A stretch of 64,000 nucleotides of DNA from an uncultured Candidatus Saccharibacteria bacterium. GTDB taxonomy: Bacteria > Patescibacteriota > Minisyncoccia > Phycocordibacterales > UBA2100. The position numbers and the translations under genes are program-made. Shown here one piece after another: positions 29,901 through 38,196 of the stretch (the first letter of the stretch is position 1; every line of letters starts with the position of its first letter). The stretch is from positions 304,564 to 368,563 of the forward strand of contig CAYSUJ010000001.1 of assembly GCA_964434285.1 (NCBI GenBank), written 5' to 3'. Under the pieces are notes generated by a model. It had not been told where the DNA came from. It made no database searches and was given only the letters and a program-made list of their open reading frames with translations.

Positions 29901-30130
29901 TCGGCGGCATGTTGGAATCAACCCAACCCATTCTTACGAAAAAAGGCGAGCGCATGCTCTTCGGTCGCCTGGCTGATCAAGCAGGCTCGACAGAAATCGT
30001 CGTTTTCCCGAGCACACTTTCAGAAGCACCGACCATGTTCAACCCCGGCGCCTGTCTTATGCTCAAAGGAAAATTCAACGATCGAAACGGCGAGGCGAGT
30101 TTTGTAGTGGAAAAGGCGAAGGCGCTGTAA
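26954..30130 (+). CDS. dnaE: DNA polymerase III alpha subunit
   Basis: PHP domain HLHTHSHYSLL, FERFLNPER..PDIDMD, GLLKFDFLGL, YGFNKAHA, C-terminal OB fold. Confidence 0.98.
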   Translation: MAMQRFAHLHTHSHYSLLEALPKIEELIEAAKADGHEALALTDAGNMYGAIEFYKAAKAAGIKPIIGVDFFVAPRTRHDKEHRVDDRPSRLVLLAKDITGYKNLIELVSISFLEGFHFRPRIDRELVVAHQKGLIAILPSIEGEHAIHLSDTMPDKADESLAFYAKTFGSDLFLEISHHPEIERHMDMQKKAIDMAHAKQIPLIAAQDVYYLKKEDALAREMVDKIRTGGTLDREFGASVGDFSFITAADATKFFKDTPQALENIGRIIDACNIELDLGKWVFPAIKVENGSYDDALRELAYRGFVSRGLEKTPELRERLDYELSVIAKKGYSPYFLVVSDLLHFAHEHGILTNIRGSVAGSLVTYLSHITNVNPIEYGLPFERFLNPERPSAPDIDMDYADNRRDEMIAYARQKYGEDHVAQIGTFGTMMARAAVRDVSRALGHSYGTGDRIAKMIPFGKQGFPVTIDSSLQEVPELAEAYKKDPDAREILDMARKVEGNARHVGVHAAGVVIAPTPVTDFVPIQLDPKGGKIITQYDMHAVEDAGLLKFDFLGLTNLSTLADARDRVKTRRGIEIDFDNLPLDDQKTFDMLSRGETLGVFQLAGGGMTNHLVELKPSVIHDINAMVALYRPGPMNFIPQYIERKHDPRKVVYLDPRLEPILKKSYGVITYQDDVLQIAIQFAGYSWLEADKFRKAMGKKIPAEMAAQKEKFTKGCLDIGKMRPDVVQKLWEQIETFAAYGFNKAHAASYGRLAYETAYMKANYPVDYMAAVLTSDAGDVDKIAEVVAECKRMKLTILPPLVNESRGTFTVMDDTTIRFGLYSIKNFGTGIADSIIAERESVGKFTSIADFLARIGDKNLNKKSLEALIMCGALDDLAPEGGGRNTLLKNIELLLTYRKESQSAPVGQDSLFGASVSSARADLRLPEEQPATQEVKLKWEKELLGFYVSGHPLDKHAAVLARQKMNIPQMKERFPRGVETVIGGMLESTQPILTKKGERMLFGRLADQAGSTEIVVFPSTLSEAPTMFNPGACLMLKGKFNDRNGEASFVVEKAKAL

Positions 30131-30248
30131 AAAGAAAAAGAGAAAAAGAGTTGGACGAGATGCAATCCAACTCCCCTCGACACATTCCACTGCGCTTTAG
30201 CATCTCACGACAGTGGAGCGTCGGACGATACTTACATACGATGAGCTT

Positions 30249-30277
30249 TTGTCAACGATACTGGAGAATGCTAGGAT
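30249..30277 (+). promoter_or_regulatory. sigma-70 promoter of a probably leaderless thrS mRNA
   Basis: TTGTCA-17-TAGGAT with TGn extension, ending 6 nt before ATG. Confidence 0.65.
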
Positions 30278-30283
30278 TCGCGC

Positions 30284-31528
30284 ATGTCCGAACACGAAAT
30301 GAGCGAACGCGACCACAAGCGGCTCGGGAAGGAGCTCGATCTCTTCACCTTCTCTGATTCAGTTGGTAAGGGTCTCCCCCTCTACACGCCGAGGGGTGCC
30401 GCAATCTATCGCGAGCTTGAGAAATTCGTTCTTGAGGAAGAAACGAAGCGCGGCTACCAGCATGTTAAGACGACCGACATCGCAAAGCTCGATCTCTATC
30501 GCAAGAGCGGTCACTACCCTCACTACCAGGAATCCATGTACGCACCAATCGTAATTGATGATGAAGAATACATGCTCCGCCCGATGACTTGCCCCCATCA
30601 TTTTGAACTCTTCCTCTCACGCCCTCGCAGTTATCGCGAACTTCCGATCCGCTTTGCAGAACTCTCACAGCTCTACCGCTATGAACAATCGGGTGAACTT
30701 ATGGGACTTATCCGCACGCGCAGTTTCTGTCTTGCCGACGCCCATGTCATTTGTGCAACCGAAGAACAGGCAGTGCAAGAAGTCGGTCGTGCACTCGACT
30801 TGATCGAAGACATGACGAAAGTTTTTGGTCTTTCCCTCGGCACTGACTACCGATATCGTCTCTCTCTTGGCGATCGGGCGAACACGGAAAAATACTATAA
30901 AAATGACGCTGCCTGGGAAAAAGGTGAGGATCTCTTGCGTCAACTACTGGTCTCTCGTGGCTCACAGTTCGAGGAAGCGAAGGGAGAGGCCGCATTTTAT
31001 GGTCCGAAAATCGATATCCAGATGAAAAACGTGAATGGTAAAGAGGATACGGCGTTCACCGTGCAATACGATTTCTGCATGCCGGATCGCTTTGATCTCA
31101 ACTACACCGGTGAGGATGGCAAACCGCATCGCGTATTCGTCGTCCACCGCTCATCGATCGGTGCAATCGGCCGCATCATGGCATTTCTCATCGAGAAGTA
31201 TGCCGGTGCCTTTCCCACCTGGCTCTCGCCGGTACAGGTAAAAGTGCTTCCTATTTCCGAAAAGCATGTGGAGTATGCGCGTGGTGTCTTTGACCGCCTC
31301 TTGCAGAGCGGCGTGCGTGCGGAGCTTGATATATCGAACGAGTCACTCGGCAAAAAGGTGCGCAATGCAAAGGTTGAAAAAGTGCCCTATGTGCTCGTCA
31401 TCGGCGACGCAGAGGTTGAGGCAAGCACTGTCACCGTGGAGCATCGCGAAAAAGGCAAGCTCGGCGCGCAGAAGACGGAAGACTTTTTGTCCACACTCCT
31501 TGAGGAGATTCGCGAGCGTAAGAGCTAG
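30284..31528 (+). CDS. thrS: threonyl-tRNA synthetase lacking N-terminal TGS/editing domains
   Basis: Starts at RDHKRLGKELDLF; RPMTCPHH, YRYEQSG, AFYGPKID, HRS, anticodon-binding domain. Confidence 0.95.
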   Translation: MSEHEMSERDHKRLGKELDLFTFSDSVGKGLPLYTPRGAAIYRELEKFVLEEETKRGYQHVKTTDIAKLDLYRKSGHYPHYQESMYAPIVIDDEEYMLRPMTCPHHFELFLSRPRSYRELPIRFAELSQLYRYEQSGELMGLIRTRSFCLADAHVICATEEQAVQEVGRALDLIEDMTKVFGLSLGTDYRYRLSLGDRANTEKYYKNDAAWEKGEDLLRQLLVSRGSQFEEAKGEAAFYGPKIDIQMKNVNGKEDTAFTVQYDFCMPDRFDLNYTGEDGKPHRVFVVHRSSIGAIGRIMAFLIEKYAGAFPTWLSPVQVKVLPISEKHVEYARGVFDRLLQSGVRAELDISNESLGKKVRNAKVEKVPYVLVIGDAEVEASTVTVEHREKGKLGAQKTEDFLSTLLEEIRERKS

Positions 31529-31537
31529 AATGCAGTC

Positions 31538-31654
31538 ATGGCAACTACAGATTATCTTGAGAAAGCTCTTGAAGACTTGAAATATTTCAAGAACGAGCTT
31601 GCGAAAAAACTAGAAGAGATAGATAAAAGATTAAAGGGTCTTGAGAGCAAGTAA
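31538..31654 (+). CDS. 38-aa coiled-coil micro-protein (not in ORF track)
   Basis: MATTDYLEKALEDLKYFKNELAKKLEEIDKRLKGLESK*; TAGAAT 6 nt upstream; terminator right after. Confidence 0.6.
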   Translation: MATTDYLEKALEDLKYFKNELAKKLEEIDKRLKGLESK

Positions 31655-31656
31655 CC

Positions 31657-31688
31657 AACCAAAAACCGCCCGAAGGCGGTTTTTGGTT
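31657..31688. terminator. bidirectional terminator
   Basis: AACCAAAAACCGCC-cgaa-GGCGGTTTTTGGTT. Confidence 0.8.
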
Positions 31689-31708
31689 TCCCTACAAGGA
31701 GAAGAATA

Positions 31709-32575
31709 TCACGAGAAGATGGAGCGAATTGCACGCATCTGGTTGTGCATAGCCGTCTTCACTTCACCCACGAACGAGAGTCGCATCACACCCGCCTGAT
31801 AGACAAGAAGATAGCCACCAGCAAGTGCGAAGGCAAGAAGCGCTGCCCAGTAGAGCATGTTCCCCGCTGAGCCGAAATCAATGCCTGTGTACGGAATCTG
31901 CGAGAGCGAGATGTACGGATAGCTCGCGCTGAATTGCTGATACTGCGGATACTGGTAGCTTGGGTATTGGTAGTTCGGATACTGGTAGTTGTACGAACCC
32001 GTGCCAGAAACGAACACCTCACATGACTGTGATTCGCCGTTGCCGTAGACAGTGAGGGTGAAGGTGCGGTCGTAGAGTGTTGAGACTGTCTGCGAGCCCC
32101 GCACTGGCACAGTGCCAACGCCCGAGAGATGTGCCGAACTTGCGTTCGAACTATTCCAGCGAAGGATCGCTCCACCGTTCCAGGTCTCCTCACGATAGAT
32201 CGAGCAGCCAGGTTCATCGTCATAGGAATTTCCATGACTGTAGCCGCGTACCTCAACGTCGGTCTCGCAAGAACCCGTGCCGCGATTGTTTTCGACAGTG
32301 AGCTTGAAGGTTGTATCTTCATCAACATACACCGTGCGCGAGCCGTGCGTGTTTACGTCGCCAATGTCTTCAATCCAGGCGTCGTCAGCATTATCAGAAC
32401 CCCAGGTGAGCACGACGGCACCGCCTTCATAGACGCTGTCGGGGCGTGCTGAGATCCAGCATGTCGCGTCCTCATCGTCATTGTTCGTATCATGCGAGGC
32501 GAACGCCGGCATAGCGCTCCCAAAGAGGACGAACGCCATGAGTGCAAACGCTGCTAACTGTGTTTTATAGGTCAT
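31709..32575 (-). CDS. secreted surface protein with two Cys-bracketed Ig/PKD-like modules, YQYP repeats and an IPYTG+TM anchor
   Basis: Signal peptide (...PAFA); repeated C.I...L.W.S.NA...G.V...GS..V...F.LTV...C; SLSQIPYTG then hydrophobic helix. Confidence 0.8.
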   Translation of the reverse strand: MTYKTQLAAFALMAFVLFGSAMPAFASHDTNNDDEDATCWISARPDSVYEGGAVVLTWGSDNADDAWIEDIGDVNTHGSRTVYVDEDTTFKLTVENNRGTGSCETDVEVRGYSHGNSYDDEPGCSIYREETWNGGAILRWNSSNASSAHLSGVGTVPVRGSQTVSTLYDRTFTLTVYGNGESQSCEVFVSGTGSYNYQYPNYQYPSYQYPQYQQFSASYPYISLSQIPYTGIDFGSAGNMLYWAALLAFALAGGYLLVYQAGVMRLSFVGEVKTAMHNQMRAIRSIFS

Positions 32576-32697
32576 AGATGTTTGTAGGGATTAGTAATAT
32601 CTGTACTCTGCTTCGGAAACGGCCGCTTTGCAAGCTTTTGCAAAGCGGCCGTCCCGTTTCACTTTTGGAGCGGCCGCGAGGCCTTTCGGGCGGCGGC

Positions 32698-33951
32698 TTA
32701 GCTGCGGTTAATCACGATGCGGGGCATCGAGCCATCGTGTGCCTTCACGATAGCCATCGAATCGTTCGTGCCCGCGCTCTTTCGGAGCGAAGCGACGATC
32801 GGAGCAACACGAGCCTCTGCTGCACGGAGCGCTGCGGCTTCCTTCTCGACGAGAATCGGTGCCTTAGGAGCAACAACTGCAGGAAGTGGCTTCTGTGTGC
32901 GCTTCGGGAGCATAGTGCCTGCGAAGGCGAACGCACCACCGCGGTAGTAGATCATGAGATAACTACCAGCGAATGCGAAAGCGATAAGAGCAGCCCAGTA
33001 GAGCGCGTTACCGATAGGACCAAGATCGAAGCCTGTGTATGGAATCTGGGTAAGAGACACATACGGCTGCTGCACAACTGGCGGAATGTAGACCGGCGGC
33101 TGCACAGGAGGCGTGTAGGTGTAGCCCTGGACGGTCGTTGAGCAGGTTGCGCTCGTGCCATTGTAACCATAGACGGTAAGCGTGTAGGTCGTCGTGTAGC
33201 CAGGATAGACCGTACGAGAACCTGAGACTTCAACAGAACCGACGTTCGAGAGGTATGCGCTCGATGCGTTCGTCGAAGACCATGAGAGGTATGCACTGTT
33301 GTTTCCGTAGTTGTAGTGACCACCCGAGAGTGCGTGGTTGATTGTGCAGTACGGAGCAGGATAGGTCTGGACGACAGGCACCTGCGGAGTCGCAACAACG
33401 ATAGAGGTGTTACCGCTATTGTAGTTGTTGAAGCTGTCTCGGATTGAGTTGTCGATGTTCGTCACGTTGTTCACGTTGGTGTTTGTCACCGTGTTGCTAT
33501 TGTAGTTCGAAGACGAACCGCCGGTAGAACGTGGTGGTTGGCTGTAGGATGGCACCCACGTGCTGTATCCCATGCCGTAGTTGCTGCCATAACTTCCGCC
33601 GCAGTATGATCCACAGCCGTAGTCGTACAAGGGAGTGTAGTAGTCGTAGCCCGCATCGTAGCCATAGTATCCGGCATCATAGCCTTCGTACCCAGCATCG
33701 TAGCCGTAATAGCCACTGTCGTAACCATTGTCGCCCCAAGAGCCAGCGTCATAGCCACCACCCCATAGGCCAGAGTCATAGCCAGTATCGGACCAAAGGC
33801 TGTCGCCGTTATACCCACCATCACCCCAGTAGCCACCATCGTAGCCGCCTTCGTACCAAAGATCTGCGGATGCAGAACCAGGAACAACGACACCTGCGAA
33901 GATGATGAAAACTGCGAGCACTTTAACGATACCGAGTGTATAAGAATTCAT
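32698..33951 (-). CDS. secreted surface protein with Gly/Tyr/Asp repeats, Asn-rich stretch, Ig-like module and an IPYTG+TM anchor
   Basis: Start MNSYTLG, signal peptide ...SASA; GYDAGY repeats; SLTQIPYTG then TM. Confidence 0.8.
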   Translation of the reverse strand: MNSYTLGIVKVLAVFIIFAGVVVPGSASADLWYEGGYDGGYWGDGGYNGDSLWSDTGYDSGLWGGGYDAGSWGDNGYDSGYYGYDAGYEGYDAGYYGYDAGYDYYTPLYDYGCGSYCGGSYGSNYGMGYSTWVPSYSQPPRSTGGSSSNYNSNTVTNTNVNNVTNIDNSIRDSFNNYNSGNTSIVVATPQVPVVQTYPAPYCTINHALSGGHYNYGNNSAYLSWSSTNASSAYLSNVGSVEVSGSRTVYPGYTTTYTLTVYGYNGTSATCSTTVQGYTYTPPVQPPVYIPPVVQQPYVSLTQIPYTGFDLGPIGNALYWAALIAFAFAGSYLMIYYRGGAFAFAGTMLPKRTQKPLPAVVAPKAPILVEKEAAALRAAEARVAPIVASLRKSAGTNDSMAIVKAHDGSMPRIVINRS

Positions 33952-34042
33952 AATATTATTACGACTACCAATAAAATTTTTATAATGCAAGAGGGTAAGA
34001 AGTTGAGGAGGGGTACTTGCGCAAGCGCGTTCCCCCGTCCCC

Positions 34043-34369
34043 TCACGATGCATCGTAGCCCCGCTTCGGCTTCTGCGGCGGCACCTCGCGATGCTGCCAC
34101 TTGCCGGCCGAGTTCGGCGCGACAGCTGCGTCAGCCTCGTCATCGCAGGTCTTTTGGACCTGAACGAACTGCGGTGTGTTTTTCGGACACCACATTTTCG
34201 GCTTCCCCGGGAACTGCGGGTGGTCCGTGCGAACCATGCAGTCCGGGGCGACTCGTGCGAGGCACTTCGCCGCGGCATTGCCCCAGGCGATCTCGCCCGG
34301 AGAAAGCTCCTGGGCAGCCGCAGAGGTGGCGAGCAGCGATGCAATCGTGATAGCAAGAAAGATCCTCAT
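34043..34369 (-). CDS. small secreted protein with 4 Cys
   Basis: AAGGAG SD; signal peptide MRIFLAITIASLLATSAAA; PGKPKMWC. Confidence 0.6.
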   Translation of the reverse strand: MRIFLAITIASLLATSAAAQELSPGEIAWGNAAAKCLARVAPDCMVRTDHPQFPGKPKMWCPKNTPQFVQVQKTCDDEADAAVAPNSAGKWQHREVPPQKPKRGYDAS

Positions 34370-34613
34370 CGGATTCTCCTTGTTGTGCATGACGACCCCG
34401 TTGTCATGCGGTGTGAATGATCAATTACGGGGCATATACGCACCGTTTTTCGATGCAGACATGCCCTGTTCCGAACTGAAGTTTCGGAATTTTCGTAAAG
34501 AGCCGAAGGAGCAGATTTACCAAGTCATACTAGCACATATAAACCATTTGTCAATACCCCTCTCTAGGTTCAAAATAAGCCTTGAAACCGGGGTTTTATT
34601 GTACACTTCTGAT

Positions 34614-35588
34614 ATGAATTTAGACCGTCGTGATTTTTTAAGAAAGGCCGCTGCGGCATTGGCCGGGGCTACAGTATTAGGCGAAAATACAGAATCCGCT
34701 GAAGTCTTAAAGTATGTATCGAGTGAGTTATCCCCTGAAAGTATTTCCGCGCATAAGGAACGAGCTATCCGCACGTTGATGAAAAGCATCCCCCAGTCGC
34801 GTAAGTTCGATTATCTAAGGGCATACGAACCCTATCTGAAACACGAATCTCAAATGTATATACCCGGTCCGCAAGAGATAGGCACGGTTACAAAGAAATC
34901 TGGCAATGAATTCAATGCGTGGTGTGCATCACTACCGACGAACGGTCATGGTCTGTTCATTTTTGCAGATGCTCAAGGTGGAAAGAGAATGCAGCGGATG
35001 TATGTTCTAAAACGTACACGAAACAGCCAAATTCAATTTATAAAGGCATACAAGGTCTCACTCTCACGAGAAGGCTTCGGGAATGAGAAAGACTCAAGTA
35101 AAACCCCGCTTAGTGAACATACAATTCAGAGTAAAACCATTGGAAGATTCGGCGAACTGGTTTCGAAGAAGAAAACCCATAAGGACGATGAGAGGCTTTT
35201 CAAACACGCCAGAATTGAAGGGAAGGACCACTGGTTTGTGAATAGTTTTGGATATGAAAAAGATAATGAGCTCGCGGAGGTGGTAACGCATGAATTTCTT
35301 CTCGTCGGCCCCACAACCGGCGCCGATCGAGGCGTGAGAATTCATGGCACGAATCGTTCGGGCGGCCTCGGGGAGCGAAATGAGTGGATATCATATCTCG
35401 ACGGCGAAAGCTTAAGCACAGCGTGTATACGAATGTCGAATGTTGATGTGGCTGATCTGAACTTGAACAAATTTGCAGACAGGGGTGTTACCGTTTTTAT
35501 TTATGCAACGCCTGAGGCTGAAAGTGCTATTACGAGATTTACTGGCGACAATCCAGCCGGTCGCTGGAACCCTAACGATTATAAATAA
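34614..35588 (+). CDS. L,D-transpeptidase (YkuD-like) with twin-arginine-like leader
   Basis: MNLDRRDFLRK; GFGNEKDSSKTP, VRIHGT...STACIRM. Confidence 0.72.
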   Translation: MNLDRRDFLRKAAAALAGATVLGENTESAEVLKYVSSELSPESISAHKERAIRTLMKSIPQSRKFDYLRAYEPYLKHESQMYIPGPQEIGTVTKKSGNEFNAWCASLPTNGHGLFIFADAQGGKRMQRMYVLKRTRNSQIQFIKAYKVSLSREGFGNEKDSSKTPLSEHTIQSKTIGRFGELVSKKKTHKDDERLFKHARIEGKDHWFVNSFGYEKDNELAEVVTHEFLLVGPTTGADRGVRIHGTNRSGGLGERNEWISYLDGESLSTACIRMSNVDVADLNLNKFADRGVTVFIYATPEAESAITRFTGDNPAGRWNPNDYK

Positions 35589-35645
35589 TCTTCCATATAT
35601 AAAGTTTCGAGCGGATTCTCGAGATGAGAATCCGCTCGTTTCTGC

Positions 35646-35960
35646 TTACTGGATCGGCTCGCACCAGCAGGGCTTGCCGGGCAGGGGAACTCGTGCGAAT
35701 CCCTCGATGCACGGCCGGCACTGCGGCACATGCATGGTGGGCATTGCACGGTGCCGCGGACGGTACGTATGGTGACGATGTCCGTGGTGCCCGCGCGAGG
35801 TTCCGAAATGGAACCTGATCTCAGGACGCCGCGGCGTGCAGAACGTATACAGTGTCACCCCGCTGCGGCCGTAGTGTGGATCGCACTGCCCAGCCTCGGC
35901 GGCACCCGTGATGACGCCGACGAACATGAGGGCGAGAACCAGTGAAAGAACCTTGGTCAT
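35646..35960 (-). CDS. small secreted His/Arg-rich protein with a C-terminal CxxC...CWC module
   Basis: AAGGAG SD; signal peptide ..AAEA; CRPCIEGFARVPLPGKPCWC. Confidence 0.65.
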   Translation of the reverse strand: MTKVLSLVLALMFVGVITGAAEAGQCDPHYGRSGVTLYTFCTPRRPEIRFHFGTSRGHHGHRHHTYRPRHRAMPTMHVPQCRPCIEGFARVPLPGKPCWCEPIQ

Positions 35961-36084
35961 TTCGTCTCTCCTTCTTTCAATGTTGAATTACGATGACCTG
36001 AAAAGGCACTCCTTTCAGCTCATAACAATTCCGAAGAAGGATTGTGGAGCAGGCATAGCGACGAGCGAATGCCTGCTCCAAGCT

Positions 36085-36600
36085 TCAATCAGGACTACAC
36101 CAGCAGGGCTGTCCGGGCTTCGGGTTATGCGAATAGCCCTGTCTGCACGGCTTGCAGCGAGAGCCCGCTGAAGCGTGTTCGCCACTCTCCCCTGTCCACT
36201 CACACCAACAGGGCGAACCCGGCCGTGGCCAGTGCACAAATCCGTGGGCACACGGCTTGCAGCGCCTGCTCGAAGATGCAGCACCCAACGGCTCCCGATG
36301 CTGAGGACCTGACCGACGCGGCATCACCTGCGTTGAAGCAGGCGCGCCAGGACGCTGGTAAATCTGGTCTCCCCGAGTGTCCTCAGTAGTCTCACTGAGG
36401 ATCTTTCCGTCGGCATTGAAAATCGTTACACGAATTTCGTTGCCGACCTCTTGGGTAACCATCTTACCGCCGCCAGGCAGCGCGACCGTTGTCATGTGCC
36501 CATTTCTCTCGGGCCCAGATGGCCGCATCCAGTCTTCATTGCCACACCCAGCGAGAGCCAGGAGCGCAACAAAAACGGTTGCGACAAGCAGTTTTTTCAC
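36085..36600 (-). CDS. putative lipoprotein with two CxxC...CWC modules
   Basis: AAGGAGG SD, GTG start, lipobox LAGC; CKPCAHGF...PGSPCWC and CKPCRQGY...PGQPCWC. Confidence 0.7.
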   Translation of the reverse strand: MKKLLVATVFVALLALAGCGNEDWMRPSGPERNGHMTTVALPGGGKMVTQEVGNEIRVTIFNADGKILSETTEDTRGDQIYQRPGAPASTQVMPRRSGPQHREPLGAASSSRRCKPCAHGFVHWPRPGSPCWCEWTGESGEHASAGSRCKPCRQGYSHNPKPGQPCWCSPD

Positions 36601-36737
36601 CTCTGCCTCCTTCTTTCAATTAAATGTACTCGCCCTTTCCTAAGAAAAAGGCTTGGATTAATGATATCATGTATTTTAAAAAAGTCAAGACAGCCTGAGA
36701 GGGCTGCCTTGTAGTTTGCATCGCTGTAAGCTTTCCG

Positions 36738-37160
36738 TTACTCCCCACGACACGGTCGACGAAAGCTCCCCCTCCCTTCTGAGTCTCGCGAAAATATTGC
36801 CGTACACTGAGGTACGATAACGCTTTCCCGCACAGAATCATTTCCAGGAGCATGGTTGCCCTTCGTATCAGCCGATGCCGACGGAGGTGGAGTCGTTGTT
36901 TTCGCTGGCCCTGCCGGCGGAGTCGTCGATTTCGAATCATCACGCGGACCCGGAGGAGGTGGTTCCTCCCGCTTTGCGGGTGGGAGGGTCAACTCCTCTT
37001 TCGGACTGAACTGCGGGAGTGGGGACGGAGCGTTTGTCGCCTCCTGCTTTCCAGCTGGGGTGTGCACGTTCGGGTTGTCGAAGATGTAGATATACCCGAG
37101 CACGAGTACGATAAGAACAACCTTGATCGCGAGCAGAGTTTTTACCACTTTTCTCAGCAC
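36738..37160 (-). CDS. Pro-rich membrane-anchored hypothetical protein
   Basis: GGAGGG SD before GTG; N-terminal TM, Pro-rich linker, C-terminal Cys pair. Confidence 0.55.
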   Translation of the reverse strand: MLRKVVKTLLAIKVVLIVLVLGYIYIFDNPNVHTPAGKQEATNAPSPLPQFSPKEELTLPPAKREEPPPPGPRDDSKSTTPPAGPAKTTTPPPSASADTKGNHAPGNDSVRESVIVPQCTAIFSRDSEGRGSFRRPCRGE

Positions 37161-37270
37161 GATACCCTCCAATGAGCTGTTGCTGAATCTGGAATGTATT
37201 ATAGAACATAATTACATAAAAACAAGGGGCGACCACAGCCGCCCCTTGCGATTACACCAGCGCCTGCGTC

Positions 37271-37690
37271 TCAACGAACATTTTTCATCTCATCCGTGAG
37301 GAGGAGCTGCCGAGTGACGATCGCGACGATGCCGATCAGATCGATGAGAACGATGACGACCAAAATCCCGAAACTTACCCACTGAAATGGGGAAAGAACG
37401 GTCTTGCCGTAAAAGGCCGCCGCTGTCACCCAGAGCAACGCATACCCCGGGATGTGCGAGATGAAGGTCTCGATCGCGAGATAGAACGGCGAAGGCGTCT
37501 GGTCGGCGAGCACCAGAGTGCTTTCCAACGCGAGGTAGATGAATGAGATCACGAGAACCACTCCGATCCCAATGAGCGTGCCGTATTCACCAGCAGGTTG
37601 ATACCCCGGCCTTCCAAGAAAGAAAGCTAGAATTGCAACCGCAAGCACGACCGATCCAAGATCGGACATGAGATTGATTGACTTTCTCAT
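37271..37690 (-). CDS. hypothetical 4-TM membrane protein
   Basis: AAGGAG SD before MRKSINL; four hydrophobic segments. Confidence 0.65.
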   Translation of the reverse strand: MRKSINLMSDLGSVVLAVAILAFFLGRPGYQPAGEYGTLIGIGVVLVISFIYLALESTLVLADQTPSPFYLAIETFISHIPGYALLWVTAAAFYGKTVLSPFQWVSFGILVVIVLIDLIGIVAIVTRQLLLTDEMKNVR

Positions 37691-37812
37691 GAAAGTCTCC
37701 TTTGGGTTTCGACCCAGTCGTACTGAGCCATCGCAACCATACGCCACCACCGCTAGAGCGTCAACATAAAAAGCGGGGTCGAAGACCCCGCTTACTCTCT
37801 TTTGCACGCACT

Positions 37813-38109
37813 TCACCCGGAGAAGCCACGCTTCCCCGTCCAGATCTCCCACCACATTTTCCAGTCGCTCTTGAACGAGAGCCACCACGAATGCGTGAAG
37901 GAGGCCGGCTTGTTGCCCTCGAACAGATGCCCCGTGAACGCGAAACCGTAGCCGGCTACAAGCGCCCAGAGCAACGGAGCGAGTGTCTGCGTCATAAACG
38001 CATAGCCGATGCAAAGAACGGCGATATTGAGGCCGAACCAGTGCAAGAAGCGACACACGGGATGCGAATGTTGCGAGAGATAAAATGGATAGAACTCTTT
38101 GAGCGTCAT
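37813..38109 (-). CDS. DUF962/Mpo1-like membrane protein
   Basis: EFYPFYLSQHSHP.CRFLH, GYGFAFTGHLFEGNKPASF, SDWKM; AGGAGG SD. Confidence 0.85.
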   Translation of the reverse strand: MTLKEFYPFYLSQHSHPVCRFLHWFGLNIAVLCIGYAFMTQTLAPLLWALVAGYGFAFTGHLFEGNKPASFTHSWWLSFKSDWKMWWEIWTGKRGFSG

Positions 38110-38196
38110 TGCTTCCTCCTGTTATTCCGGCCCTTTTGGGCACTGCACGGACTATACGGCGAGGACAGCGCATGTCAAACACTCGGGGATTGAATG

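Noticed and set aside
30131-30283. T-box riboswitch upstream of thrS (or of pheS at 45945-46145)
   Set aside because: No T-box consensus seen, and both genes have a -10 box immediately before ATG. The structure upstream of pheS is the dispersed element also found after rpoC.
33640-33860. GYDAG DNA repeats as a CRISPR or DGR template
   Set aside because: The units are in-frame with synonymous variation and have no spacers; no reverse transcriptase is in the window.
33952-34613. Upstream extensions of ORFs 32698..34356 and 34176..35588
   Set aside because: Signal peptides begin at 33951 and 34614, and the interval holds a better SD-led gene (34043-34369).
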